A stretch of DNA of 64,000 bases. Origin: Promethearchaeia archaeon (GTDB lineage Archaea > Asgardarchaeota > Lokiarchaeia > Sigyniarchaeales > SOKP01). Each line of letters starts with the position of its first letter. Position 1 is the first letter of the stretch. The position numbers and the translations under genes are program-made. The stretch lies in assembly GCA_029856155.1 (NCBI GenBank), contig JAHQWL010000072.1, forward strand, positions 58,683 through 122,682, given 5' to 3'. This document shows, piece by piece, positions 20,872 through 30,907 of the stretch. The notes under the pieces are model-generated. The model saw only the letters and a program-made list of their open reading frames with translations. It was not told the origin of the DNA and searched no databases.

Positions 20872-22005
20872 TTACTTTTCTACTGTTGATGGAAAATTCT
20901 CATTTTCCTCTTTCCATAATCTCATTTCCTTCTTATGCCCAAAAAATACAAGAACAAAAAAAATTGAAAAATAAATTGTTAAAATTAATAATGTAAAAAA
21001 ATAATATTTGTATGTAAAACTCATAAAATGTAAAGCCAACCCTATTATAAAACCAGTAAATAACCTCGATCCTGTAGTACTTTTTCTTAATAAAAGCCTT
21101 TGGGTCCCCCAATCTATAAGCCCTGGTATTGGCAGGATTATACACATAAGTAATGCTATTTCTGCACTAAATTCCACTTGGAAGATTTTAGCAGTTAAAT
21201 ATGTCGTGAACATTGCAGACAATCCCCCAAGTATTACACCCGAACATCTTGTGCAAAAATATATTTTAGTTCTTCCAAATTGGAGATAAAAAGTATGATC
21301 ACTCGCTGAAAGAGGATGATGTGTTAAGATCATATAATACAAATGTTTTTCCTCTTTAGCAAGAATTCTATCATAGATGAGGAGAAATACTGGTATTACA
21401 AATATTACTGAAATAATTGCTTGAAGAAAGAATTTAAAACCATAATTTATCACGATAACTTCGATTGTGTTTTGATTAGGATAAATGAAAAATTGAAAAA
21501 CAATAATGAGACTAAAGACTATAAAGGATGCAATGATAAGAGCAATAAACGTATAATATACTTTAATCCCATCATGATATTTTAAAGGGTGATATTTATA
21601 GATTCCATATAAAAACCCTAATGCGCCTATAATAATACACCATTCAATATAAAAAGTATGATAAAAAGCTAATTGATATAGCAATTCTCCTAGAAAACCT
21701 GATATTAATCCTTGAATTGGACCTGCTAATATTGAAAAAAATGTAAAAATCAGAAGAGTTATGCCAAATTGTATTGAAAATTCCTGATTCGTTATATAAA
21801 TTGTAGAAATGGAGCCAAAGGGTTCAGAAATATACACATAAGAAATTATAATAAAAGCTATAATTAAAAGATTTAAAAAAATGACCCGTACAATATTATT
21901 TTGCTCCTTTTTCTGAGCAGGTTCAGTCAAGGTAAACCCATACTTTTTATTTATGTGTCTTTCAAATATTAAATGTGAAGAGATCTTAATTAAAAATCTC
22001 GTCAA
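20872..22005 (-). CDS. ECF S-component-like domain fused to a DUF2085-like membrane domain (true start probably TTG near 21930)
   Basis: LAGPIQGLISGFLGELL in the N-half; CTRCSG...DWGTQ...RLFTGF in the C-half. Confidence 0.7.
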   Translation of the reverse strand: MTRFLIKISSHLIFERHINKKYGFTLTEPAQKKEQNNIVRVIFLNLLIIAFIIISYVYISEPFGSISTIYITNQEFSIQFGITLLIFTFFSILAGPIQGLISGFLGELLYQLAFYHTFYIEWCIIIGALGFLYGIYKYHPLKYHDGIKVYYTFIALIIASFIVFSLIIVFQFFIYPNQNTIEVIVINYGFKFFLQAIISVIFVIPVFLLIYDRILAKEEKHLYYMILTHHPLSASDHTFYLQFGRTKIYFCTRCSGVILGGLSAMFTTYLTAKIFQVEFSAEIALLMCIILPIPGLIDWGTQRLLLRKSTTGSRLFTGFIIGLALHFMSFTYKYYFFTLLILTIYFSIFFVLVFFGHKKEMRLWKEENENFPSTVEK

Positions 22006-22645
22006 GGTCTTCGATTAACTTCTTCTTTGTCATTTCAAAACCCAATCGCAGTACTTTCAGGATAATATTCCTTCCTAGGAACACCTTTAAAATAGTATCA
22101 TCCTTTTCCACAACTGCAATTCCTTCATCATTATAATCAAGCTGACGTTTTAAAGCTTCATATGCTTTTTCTTTTGTTTTAAAAGTTGCTCTAGATAACT
22201 CACTGTATCCTTTAACATCATCAGTTACTTTTAGAAAAAGGATACTTTCTTCTATTTGCGTTATAAAGCATTTCTTAGTTACTTCCTTTAATTTTCTATA
22301 GTTTTGGTGAGTATTTTTACACTGACGATCTGTCTGATCGTTTTCTAAATATATAGGAAAATTCTTATTGACAATATGATCAAATTTCTCTTTTGAGATC
22401 TCTCCATTTTGAACTAATTCTTTCGCGGAATCAAGTGTAACTCGAATTTGTTCTAATGTACCAATTGTTGCTTCCTTGTCGCTCCAGTATTTATAAAATG
22501 CTTTAATTATTGGTTTAACTACAAAATTTAAAGTGCCAGCATCTAATTCAGTATCAATGAGATTTTTTCCATAATTAAGGCTTGTCTCCATTTGCTCAAT
22601 CATCCTTTTCTCTAAGATCTTATAGTTTCTTTCTATGTAATCCAT
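21986..22645 (-). CDS. Hypothetical helical protein, paralog of 22756-23418
   Basis: MDYIERNY...DQTDRQC...H.NY..LK shared with the neighbour; ATG 22645 preferred. Confidence 0.8.
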   Translation of the reverse strand: MDYIERNYKILEKRMIEQMETSLNYGKNLIDTELDAGTLNFVVKPIIKAFYKYWSDKEATIGTLEQIRVTLDSAKELVQNGEISKEKFDHIVNKNFPIYLENDQTDRQCKNTHQNYRKLKEVTKKCFITQIEESILFLKVTDDVKGYSELSRATFKTKEKAYEALKRQLDYNDEGIAVVEKDDTILKVFLGRNIILKVLRLGFEMTKKKLIEDLDEIFN

Positions 22646-22755
22646 TATTAAGCCCAAATCTCATTAATATTATAATAATTTTAAATTTCTAAAATTTAAT
22701 CAAAAACAACCTACAAACTTTATTTGTAAAATCTATCATTAAATTAATATTTTAA

Positions 22756-23418
22756 TTATTTATTGTTATATGTCTCATTGAGTGCTTTAATAAACTCTTC
22801 CCTAGTCTGATCAAAACCTTTCCTTAATGCTTTTACAATTATCTTTCTCCCAACGGGGAGTTTAAGAATGGATGGATCGTTTTCAACTATTTTAACACCT
22901 TGATCAGTAAAATCTAATTGTTTCATTAAATTTTTTTTAGCTATTTCTTTTGAAGGAAATGCTATTCGACATAAATCTCCATAATTATCTACTTCATCCG
23001 TTATCCCTAATAGTTTTACTACTTCTTTTAAATAATTGATAAATGTTTCTTTACTAACATGCTTTAATTTTTCATAATTTTTATGTTGTCTCGAGCATTG
23101 GCGTGTTGTTTGATCGGCCTCCAGGTATTTAGGAAAAGATTCATTAAGAATTTTATTGAAAACATCATTAGAATTACCCTTTAATAATAATTTCTTACCT
23201 GCATCTAATGTGAGGTTAATCTGTTTAAGTGTGCCATCTCGAGCATCATGTTGAGCCCAATAATCGTAGAAGGATTTTACGATTGGTTTGATAATGAAGT
23301 TTAAAAGACCTGTATCTAATTCTGTTTCCACGAGATTTCTTCCTCTAATAAGGGAATTTTCCATTTGTTCCATCATTCGTTGTTTTATAAGTTGATAATT
23401 CCTTTCAATGTAATCCAA
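22756..23418 (-). CDS. Hypothetical helical protein, paralog of 21986-22645
   Basis: TTG start after AGGAG; colinear similarity to the neighbour. Confidence 0.8.
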   Translation of the reverse strand: MDYIERNYQLIKQRMMEQMENSLIRGRNLVETELDTGLLNFIIKPIVKSFYDYWAQHDARDGTLKQINLTLDAGKKLLLKGNSNDVFNKILNESFPKYLEADQTTRQCSRQHKNYEKLKHVSKETFINYLKEVVKLLGITDEVDNYGDLCRIAFPSKEIAKKNLMKQLDFTDQGVKIVENDPSILKLPVGRKIIVKALRKGFDQTREEFIKALNETYNNK

Positions 23419-23613
23419 TGTTTATACTCCTTTTAAGTCTGAAAAAAAATTTATATTAGCACACTCAATTAATTATAATTAAAAGAGTTTATTTCTTTTA
23501 AAAGAATTTCATAAGTTTTATACTATTATTTTTATGTGTTTATATGAATAATTTAAGTTTTATAATGAAAAAGAAAAAATATTAAACAATTAAAAATCAT
23601 AAAAGTTAATTAA

Positions 23614-26600
23614 ATGACAACCTATTATTTTAAAATCTTAATTCTGGGTGAAACTGACACAATCCATTTTTATGTCTCAAGAGCTTTTGGTGAGCCCGGG
23701 GAAGACCAAGAAACACATTTCAAATGGTATAAAGAAACTAAAGTTTTTGATGATATATGCGATTTAGAAATTGATGCAATTACAAGTATCTCTGCAGATT
23801 TAGATGAAATAATTCCCATGGTAGACGGGATTATATATTTTTTGAATCCTGTAAACGAGGAAGAATCTGAGCTATTTGAAATGATACTTCCTGATATCTT
23901 TTCAGTAAAACGCGATATCCCTACAGTTGTTATGTTTTATGATCAGAACGGAATCCTCCCTGTTTCTGTGAATGATTTATTACAACATATATGGGTGAAT
24001 TTTCCAAGTTTGGAGGCATTTGCGAACCTCGCTCCCAATAATTTTCATCAAGCACTCCAATCTTTATGTTTGGCAATGATTAACGGCGATACACCATTAA
24101 ATATTGAAAATGCATGGATGAGATTTCCAATATTTATACAAATGGCCAATATCTATTTTAATAACCAAAATTATTATTATGCTGCTCAAGCTATTAGAAA
24201 AGCAGCACTCATAGCAGAAATATACAATAAAGAAGAGTTTTTTATAATTAGTGAACAAGCTGCTTATCTATATTCTAAAATGAATCTATATTTAGAAGCG
24301 AGTAAAATTTTAGAAAAAATAGATAAAAGAAAAGCGATAAATTTTAAAAAATTATATGCGGATGCGATAATACGAGAAGGTAATTTATTCTTTAATAAGA
24401 ATGAGTTTGAACAAGCTGCAAGAAACTACGAGAGAGCAGCTCAATGGTCGAGCATCGAATTATTAGATAAAACATTTATTTATGAGGCTTTTAGATTAGC
24501 AATTAATTCTTGGATTTCAGCTTGTAGAATTGATGATGCATTAAGGATCTTAGATAGTTTACCACATCAAGGTGTTATTCTTTTATTAAAAGAAATCTCA
24601 GATAAAATTGGTGCTGCTGCTGATTATTTAGTAAATATTAATAATTTTGAATCAGCAAGAGAACAGCTTTACCTTGCAATCAATAAATATCAACGTGAAG
24701 CTCTTTCCGATGAATTAAAAGAATTAACTAATAAACTTACAGAAGTATTAATTACATTTTTTAAACAACAGGTAAATGAGGAAAAAAAGCACGCTGCTAA
24801 AAATACATATGATGAGCTTGAAAATATGTGGAGCTCCTATAAAGTGAAAAAAGCAAATTTAGATTCAACTTTAGAAGAATTAATTAACCAGTTTTTTGAG
24901 GCTAATAATTTTGGAACAGCAACTATTTTGATTGACAAATTAAATTCAAGAAAATTAAAACAACAGTTAGCAAAAAATAGAGATGAATTTGAAGATAAAT
25001 ATGAAGCATTAAAAAAGAAAGAAGTAGAAGATTATATTAATAGGGGTGTGGCAATAATAAGAAGTTTTGTCGAAACTGAAATAGATCTCATAGCAGAAAT
25101 GAATACAAAGAAAATAACAGAAGCAAATGAATACGTTCAGCAAAACAATTATATTAGAGCAGCAAACATCTTAAAAAAACAGGCAGAATACCTTAAAAAA
25201 ATTGGTAAAGAAGATATAAAGGATCAAATCCTCACAAAATCATTAGATGTATTATTAGAAGGTATGGAATTTGAAAGTTTTTTTGTTTTTTTTAATGAAA
25301 TCTCAGCGGATATAAAAAAAAAATATTTAACTAGAATCTTTCCGAGATATTTTCAGAAATTACAAGATCTTCGAAATGTAGAAGATTTTGCAAGTAATGA
25401 AAAAATATTTGAAAAATCGATTAGAATTTATCGAAATCAAATGCTTTATGATCAATCTAAGGAAATTAGTTTAATTTTTATTAAAGTAATTAAAAGTGAA
25501 GCCTTAAGAATATTAGAAAGCGAGGGAGATCTTTCAGCAATTAATAAAGCAGAAATGTCTGTTAAAAAAGTTTTAAATATAGCATCAGCATATTTAGAGA
25601 AAGAAGAGAGCATAAATATCACATTTAACAAGATCTACAAGAAAGTATCTGAAATTTACATTGAACTGAATGACTTACATTTAGCTCAAGTTTATAATGA
25701 TAAAATTGAAAATAAAGAATACAAAATTGAAATACATAAGAAAATCGAGTCATTGGAAGCTGAACAAAGTGCTATTAGAGCTAAAAAAGCTATTGAAACT
25801 CGAAAAGGAGAGGTATTAAAAGAAAAAGGTTCTATTATTGAAAAAAGAGCACAAGAAGCGAAGTTAGATAAAGAAAATCAAATGAGGGAAAGAAGAGGGT
25901 TAAAAAGAGGTTACTTTAATAATGGGTTAACTCATTTGAGAAATCAACAATATGATAAAGCTTTTGAAGTATATAAAAGCACAATTAATCGATTAAGTTT
26001 AATAAAGAAATATAATCTAGCAGGAGTATCCTTAGTTGTTGCAATTCTAATATTTATGAAACAAAATAAATTTGGAGATATCAATGAGTTACTGAATGAG
26101 ACAAAAACAATATTATCTGGCTTAGGAAAATCTTTTTCTGAGACATTTCCAGTAACTCTCATAGAATATATAAATGATTTAAAAAATCTTCAAGAAGAGC
26201 AAAAATTCAAAGAATCCTTAAAGTTCTTAGAAAGTATTCCATTATTTGATGAGGAGTTGGAGTTATTAGAAGATTATTTAGGTGCAGATTATCAAAAAGA
26301 AGAAAAAGTAGAAAAAGTTAAAGATGAAGAACCTTCAAAAGAACCAGTAAAAGAAATATTATCACGAGCAGAAGTTGGGGAATTATCTAAAAAACAAGTG
26401 GAAATGGATCAGAGGTTTGGAAAAATCCACTCTAAAAAAGGAGATGCTAGAAGAGATAAAGAAAGAATCTTTATGAAAAGAAAACCAATGAGAAAAAGAT
26501 ACTATTCACCTATATTAGATATGCTAGAATCACAAAAATATGAAAAAGCAGCAATTAAATACTTAGAATTAGCAAATATACTTTTAAAAAGAAAAGACCT

Positions 26601-26874
26601 CGAAACCAGTTCTTTAATGGTCAATTTGCATTGTTTAGCTCTATTAAAGGTAGGAGATTCAATAAGTGAAATTAAAAATAATATTAATGATTATTTAAAT
26701 AGCTTAGGAGTTAATAAAAAAGTAGTTGAAGAAACATTCTATATAATGCTTATCTTGTTTCTAATTGACAGTAAACTATATAATTTTAAGAATTATCTCC
26801 ATAAAATTAAAGAAATGTTGGAAATCCTTCCCTTATTTGAAGAAGAGAAATTTTTGATAGATATTGAAGAATAA
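23614..26874 (+). CDS. Large alpha-solenoid (TPR/SNAP-like) protein with a degenerate GTPase-like N-terminal domain
   Basis: FKILILG...VDGIIYF...DIPTVV strand pattern without GKT/DxxG/NKxD; TPR-like helices (EGNLFFNKNEFEQAARNYERAA). Confidence 0.75.
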   Translation: MTTYYFKILILGETDTIHFYVSRAFGEPGEDQETHFKWYKETKVFDDICDLEIDAITSISADLDEIIPMVDGIIYFLNPVNEEESELFEMILPDIFSVKRDIPTVVMFYDQNGILPVSVNDLLQHIWVNFPSLEAFANLAPNNFHQALQSLCLAMINGDTPLNIENAWMRFPIFIQMANIYFNNQNYYYAAQAIRKAALIAEIYNKEEFFIISEQAAYLYSKMNLYLEASKILEKIDKRKAINFKKLYADAIIREGNLFFNKNEFEQAARNYERAAQWSSIELLDKTFIYEAFRLAINSWISACRIDDALRILDSLPHQGVILLLKEISDKIGAAADYLVNINNFESAREQLYLAINKYQREALSDELKELTNKLTEVLITFFKQQVNEEKKHAAKNTYDELENMWSSYKVKKANLDSTLEELINQFFEANNFGTATILIDKLNSRKLKQQLAKNRDEFEDKYEALKKKEVEDYINRGVAIIRSFVETEIDLIAEMNTKKITEANEYVQQNNYIRAANILKKQAEYLKKIGKEDIKDQILTKSLDVLLEGMEFESFFVFFNEISADIKKKYLTRIFPRYFQKLQDLRNVEDFASNEKIFEKSIRIYRNQMLYDQSKEISLIFIKVIKSEALRILESEGDLSAINKAEMSVKKVLNIASAYLEKEESINITFNKIYKKVSEIYIELNDLHLAQVYNDKIENKEYKIEIHKKIESLEAEQSAIRAKKAIETRKGEVLKEKGSIIEKRAQEAKLDKENQMRERRGLKRGYFNNGLTHLRNQQYDKAFEVYKSTINRLSLIKKYNLAGVSLVVAILIFMKQNKFGDINELLNETKTILSGLGKSFSETFPVTLIEYINDLKNLQEEQKFKESLKFLESIPLFDEELELLEDYLGADYQKEEKVEKVKDEEPSKEPVKEILSRAEVGELSKKQVEMDQRFGKIHSKKGDARRDKERIFMKRKPMRKRYYSPILDMLESQKYEKAAIKYLELANILLKRKDLETSSLMVNLHCLALLKVGDSISEIKNNINDYLNSLGVNKKVVEETFYIMLILFLIDSKLYNFKNYLHKIKEMLEILPLFEEEKFLIDIEE

Positions 26875-26953
26875 ATTCATATTTCCCATAAAATTTACAA
26901 TGAGAGAAATCTTAAGAATCACTTTGAACTCTAAATAAAATTAACAAATCCTT

Positions 26954-27877
26954 TTAATCAACCATATTTACATACTTCTGCAAATCCTTTACTCGCATAC
27001 GAAGGGTCACTTCAGTAACTCGGGCTAGCTTACTTATTTCCTTCTGCGTTCTGTTTTCATTACATATTTTTGAACCAATATAAATAGCAGCAGCTGCAAT
27101 TCCCTTAGGGTCCTTTCCAGCTGAATTAAATCCACTTTCTTTTGCTTTCTCGATTATTTTGACAGCAATATTCCGACATTTCATAGAAAGTTTTAACTCT
27201 TCATTGAATTTATCTACATAGCGATCAGCTGAGAAATGCTGAACTTTAAGGTTTAATTTAGGTAATACTTCCATTAAAATTAGTCTATAACTTTTTATAA
27301 CTTTCTTTTTAGGTATTTGTGCAACTTTAGTAATTTCTTCGGCGGTTCTAGGTATTCCATGAACTCTTAAAGCCGCAAAAATCGAAGCTGATAATAACGT
27401 ATCAATGCTACGACCCATAGTTAGCTTTTTTTTTACTGTTTGAGTATAAATTCGTAAAGCATCCTCCGCAACCGCATCAGGAATTCCTAACCTTTTTTGT
27501 AAACGTTGTAAATTTGGTAAAGCAATCCATAAATTTCTTTCATAGCTAGTAGTTAGTGATCTATGAATTTTAGCTAGTCTATTGAATTTTGATTTATACT
27601 TTGGGCTTAATAACGTGCCTCTGGCATCTCTGGATCCTCTGATAATGGTTCTAGGACCAATTGGGCTGTATACCCTTTCGTTACTCTTTCTTTTTTGTAT
27701 TTCTTCTTGAGTAAAGGCTCTACGAGGACTATCATCAAGAATCCGGGAATAAACAAATCCACAATTTAAACAAACATAAAAACCATCCTCCTCGCTGATT
27801 TTTGGATTATCACAGCAGGAAGGCCCCTCCTCTGCATTATCCTCAAAAAAATCATTATCTTCAAAATGAGCTGGCAT
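26954..27877 (-). CDS. tfb: Transcription initiation factor IIB
   Basis: Zn-ribbon CC..VCLNCG; cyclin repeats GRSID...PRT and GKDPKGIAAAAIY...RTQKEIS..VTEVTLR. Confidence 0.95.
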   Translation of the reverse strand: MPAHFEDNDFFEDNAEEGPSCCDNPKISEEDGFYVCLNCGFVYSRILDDSPRRAFTQEEIQKRKSNERVYSPIGPRTIIRGSRDARGTLLSPKYKSKFNRLAKIHRSLTTSYERNLWIALPNLQRLQKRLGIPDAVAEDALRIYTQTVKKKLTMGRSIDTLLSASIFAALRVHGIPRTAEEITKVAQIPKKKVIKSYRLILMEVLPKLNLKVQHFSADRYVDKFNEELKLSMKCRNIAVKIIEKAKESGFNSAGKDPKGIAAAAIYIGSKICNENRTQKEISKLARVTEVTLRMRVKDLQKYVNMVD

Positions 27878-28073
27878 TATTAAAAAAAAGTAAAAGGATG
27901 ATTATTGAATTTTAATATTTTTCCTTAGCTTAGATTTACATAAATTAATAAATATATAAGTTTGATCTATTTGTAAGGTAGACTTGTGAAAATTTAAATC
28001 TTAATCTTTTTAACTAGTATCTTAAAAGTTTAATAAATAACAATAAAAATTAAATCAACCTATTAATAATAGT

Positions 28074-29312
28074 ATGTCTTCAGAAGCTTCTAGTTTTATA
28101 AAAGTCTTTTCGAAATTCTTGGATCCAGAATCCGTGAAAATTGATAAATTACATAAGGTTGATGATATTATAAAATTACCAATTCTATCATACAAATTTA
28201 TAGATAAAGAAGAATCGACCATAATGAAGCAGCTACTAGAAATTTCTACAATTGGAGATGCTTCTAAGTTAAATAAAGATGATCCATTTGAAAGCTTAAC
28301 TGAAATTGAAGAAACAGATGATTCAATTGAATTAACAGCAAGTCTACAACAAAAACTTGAGGAATTAAAGGTCAAATACCCCACTCTTGAAGAAAAATTA
28401 AAGAAAACTATCACCATCAGCTCACTTATTGTGAGTGTTAAAGAAGAAAAAGAAGGAATTGACGAAACAGCACAAAAAGTACTTGTTGCGGGACTTGATA
28501 ATGCTGGAAAAACAGCAACACTATCAAAATTTGGCGGACGATTAGGAATAAGTGATATGATCTCAACACATCCCACGAAAGGAGTTGTTCGAATGAAATT
28601 TGGAAGCAGTCATTTAAACTTATTTATCTGGGATTTAGGTGGGCAAGAAGAATATAGGGAGAGGTATTTAAAGAATCCAGAGCAATATTTTATGATGCTT
28701 GATTTGCTAATTTATGTAATAGATGTACAAGATCCAGATAGATTTGATGATGCTCTTGAATATTTTGAGAAAATTATAAACTCAATAATTTTATTGGAAG
28801 AAAATCCGTATATATTACTTTTTATCCATAAATATGACCCAGACTTGAAGAATAACCCTAAAATTCTCTTAAATATAGAACTTCTAAAGGATAATATTAA
28901 TGAACTATTTAAAACCAAGAATTATGATCTTCATTTGGAGATTTATTTAACATCAATATACTCATTGATCTCACGCGAACCACAATTCGCAAAATACATA
29001 AAGAATCTTATGAGTGCTAGTTATTCTTTGAGTGATCCTACAGTTAGGAAAGTTGAAGGTCTTGGAAAAACATTAGAAGAAACATTAAATGCGGTTATTC
29101 GACTATCAGAAAGTATTTCCACACAACTCAATGAACTTGACAATCGTCTTAGAGCTATAGAATCAGGAGCATTTCAAATTGCTCAAAGTGGGTTCCCTAT
29201 TGAAATTGCCAACCCAAATCAACCTTCAGCAAGGCCTCAAGAAAGTGCAAGGCTACAAGTATTAAATGAACTAAAGGATTTATTTGGTAAGAGACGTAGA
29301 TTGGATCTTTAA
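28074..29312 (+). CDS. Arf/Rag(Gtr)-like small GTPase with N-terminal extension and C-terminal coiled coil
   Basis: GLDNAGKT, PTKG, WDLGGQ, IHKYD, YLTSIY. Confidence 0.88.
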   Translation: MSSEASSFIKVFSKFLDPESVKIDKLHKVDDIIKLPILSYKFIDKEESTIMKQLLEISTIGDASKLNKDDPFESLTEIEETDDSIELTASLQQKLEELKVKYPTLEEKLKKTITISSLIVSVKEEKEGIDETAQKVLVAGLDNAGKTATLSKFGGRLGISDMISTHPTKGVVRMKFGSSHLNLFIWDLGGQEEYRERYLKNPEQYFMMLDLLIYVIDVQDPDRFDDALEYFEKIINSIILLEENPYILLFIHKYDPDLKNNPKILLNIELLKDNINELFKTKNYDLHLEIYLTSIYSLISREPQFAKYIKNLMSASYSLSDPTVRKVEGLGKTLEETLNAVIRLSESISTQLNELDNRLRAIESGAFQIAQSGFPIEIANPNQPSARPQESARLQVLNELKDLFGKRRRLDL

Positions 29313-30040
29313 ACCTTTACTCTCTTCTTTTTTAATAAGGCTTGAATTGTTTTATTAATAGCCAGTAAAAATATAATAAGGAATATACATAAAGAAAGCA
29401 TTAAATAACCAATATTATTCAATAACATTGGATTGATTTGTCGATACTGAATTTCAAATTCAATAAACTGTTCAAAGTAAATTAAAGTGTGTAAAATAAG
29501 TGGACCGGTTAGAAACACTGTTATTAAAAAGCCTATAATCCCAATGATGCAACCAAATATGACATCTGAAGGGTAATGTACACCAAGCTGAATTCTTGAA
29601 AAAGAGACTAAAGCAGCGAAAAAAAACGCCAAAATACTTATAATTGGTGATTTTAAAAAGAATAATCCAAATATTAAACCATATGCCATAACATTATAAG
29701 AGTGCCAAGATGGAAAACTTCTTGAGGTTGGTGTTCGCTCAAAAACAGTAATTTTATCTTTTTCAAATCTTTCAAACGGTCTTTTTCTTTTTACAATTTG
29801 TTTTATTAGTAAAATTAGAATTAACCCTGTAAGAAATATAGCAGAGATATAGGATAATAAAAAAGGATCATACCAAATAAATAAATAGAAGGCGATTAAA
29901 AAAAGCCATAGAGTTTCTCTTCCAAAAAAAGAAAAAACTCTTAAAATGAAGGTTATTGGTTTACCACCTAAACCATTATATTTTAAAATAATTTTTTGAT
30001 CCCATTGATCGATTCTATTTGAAAATTCTTTAAATTCCAT
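29309..30040 (-). CDS. PAP2 family phosphatase
   Basis: KQIVKRKRP, SFPSWH, SRIQLGVHYPSD. Confidence 0.92.
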   Translation of the reverse strand: MEFKEFSNRIDQWDQKIILKYNGLGGKPITFILRVFSFFGRETLWLFLIAFYLFIWYDPFLLSYISAIFLTGLILILLIKQIVKRKRPFERFEKDKITVFERTPTSRSFPSWHSYNVMAYGLIFGLFFLKSPIISILAFFFAALVSFSRIQLGVHYPSDVIFGCIIGIIGFLITVFLTGPLILHTLIYFEQFIEFEIQYRQINPMLLNNIGYLMLSLCIFLIIFLLAINKTIQALLKKKRVKV

Positions 30041-30063
30041 AATAAATTAAATATTATATTTTT

Positions 30064-30858
30064 TTAAATTTGGTTCAATAACTTATAGGCATCTATTAAT
30101 TTGGGGATTTTATCTTTAAAATAGTCTAAAGAATGTGAATCGGATCCAACGAAAAATCCTGCTCCTTCTTTCTTTAACTGCTTCATAACATCCATAGATG
30201 GAAACGTTCTCTTTATTGGAAATCGCAATCCAGAAAGATTTAATTCTATTTTTATTCTATTTTTTATACATAAACGACCTAAATCTATTACGCGATCATG
30301 AGAGATATCACAATCATCTGTAGGTATGAATTCATTATTATTAATATAGCGAAAGATAGTATCAATATGACAGATATTTTTGAATATTTGTGAATTTATC
30401 ATTTTAGTACTTAGTTCAAAATAATCATCTATAATTTGTCTCATCGGTAATTTTTCTAATAATTTAGTCAATCCAGCTTTTGTTGTAATGGGATAACCAA
30501 TTATCCACTCATGAATAGATCCTCCAATGAAATCTAATTCCTCCCCATAATCATCCATAAATTCCATTAGTTTAATTTCCTTATCCTTATAATAGTCAAC
30601 TTCAAGTCCGCTTAAGATAAAATCATACGTTTCTTTATATATATCAATCTCCTCAAGATAGTCATCTATTTTGCCATTATAGAAGGGATTAGTCTTATCA
30701 TTTTCAACATAATGAAGTTCATAATGATCAAGAAAACAGACATTAATTTGTTGTTCTTCAGCAACTCTTATATAATCTTCAAAAGTGGGTCCTTCTTCTG
30801 CTACATCTACACTCCAAGGTTTGGTATGAACATGATAATCTGTAAACTTAAACCGCAT
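30064..30858 (-). CDS. PHP-domain phosphatase (HisJ-like)
   Basis: DYHVHT, FLDH, GLEVD, GSIH, CHID, GSDSH. Confidence 0.9.
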   Translation of the reverse strand: MRFKFTDYHVHTKPWSVDVAEEGPTFEDYIRVAEEQQINVCFLDHYELHYVENDKTNPFYNGKIDDYLEEIDIYKETYDFILSGLEVDYYKDKEIKLMEFMDDYGEELDFIGGSIHEWIIGYPITTKAGLTKLLEKLPMRQIIDDYFELSTKMINSQIFKNICHIDTIFRYINNNEFIPTDDCDISHDRVIDLGRLCIKNRIKIELNLSGLRFPIKRTFPSMDVMKQLKKEGAGFFVGSDSHSLDYFKDKIPKLIDAYKLLNQI

Positions 30859-30907
30859 AAATCATCATATTTGATAATTAAAGAAGAAAGATAAAAATTT
30901 TGGATAT

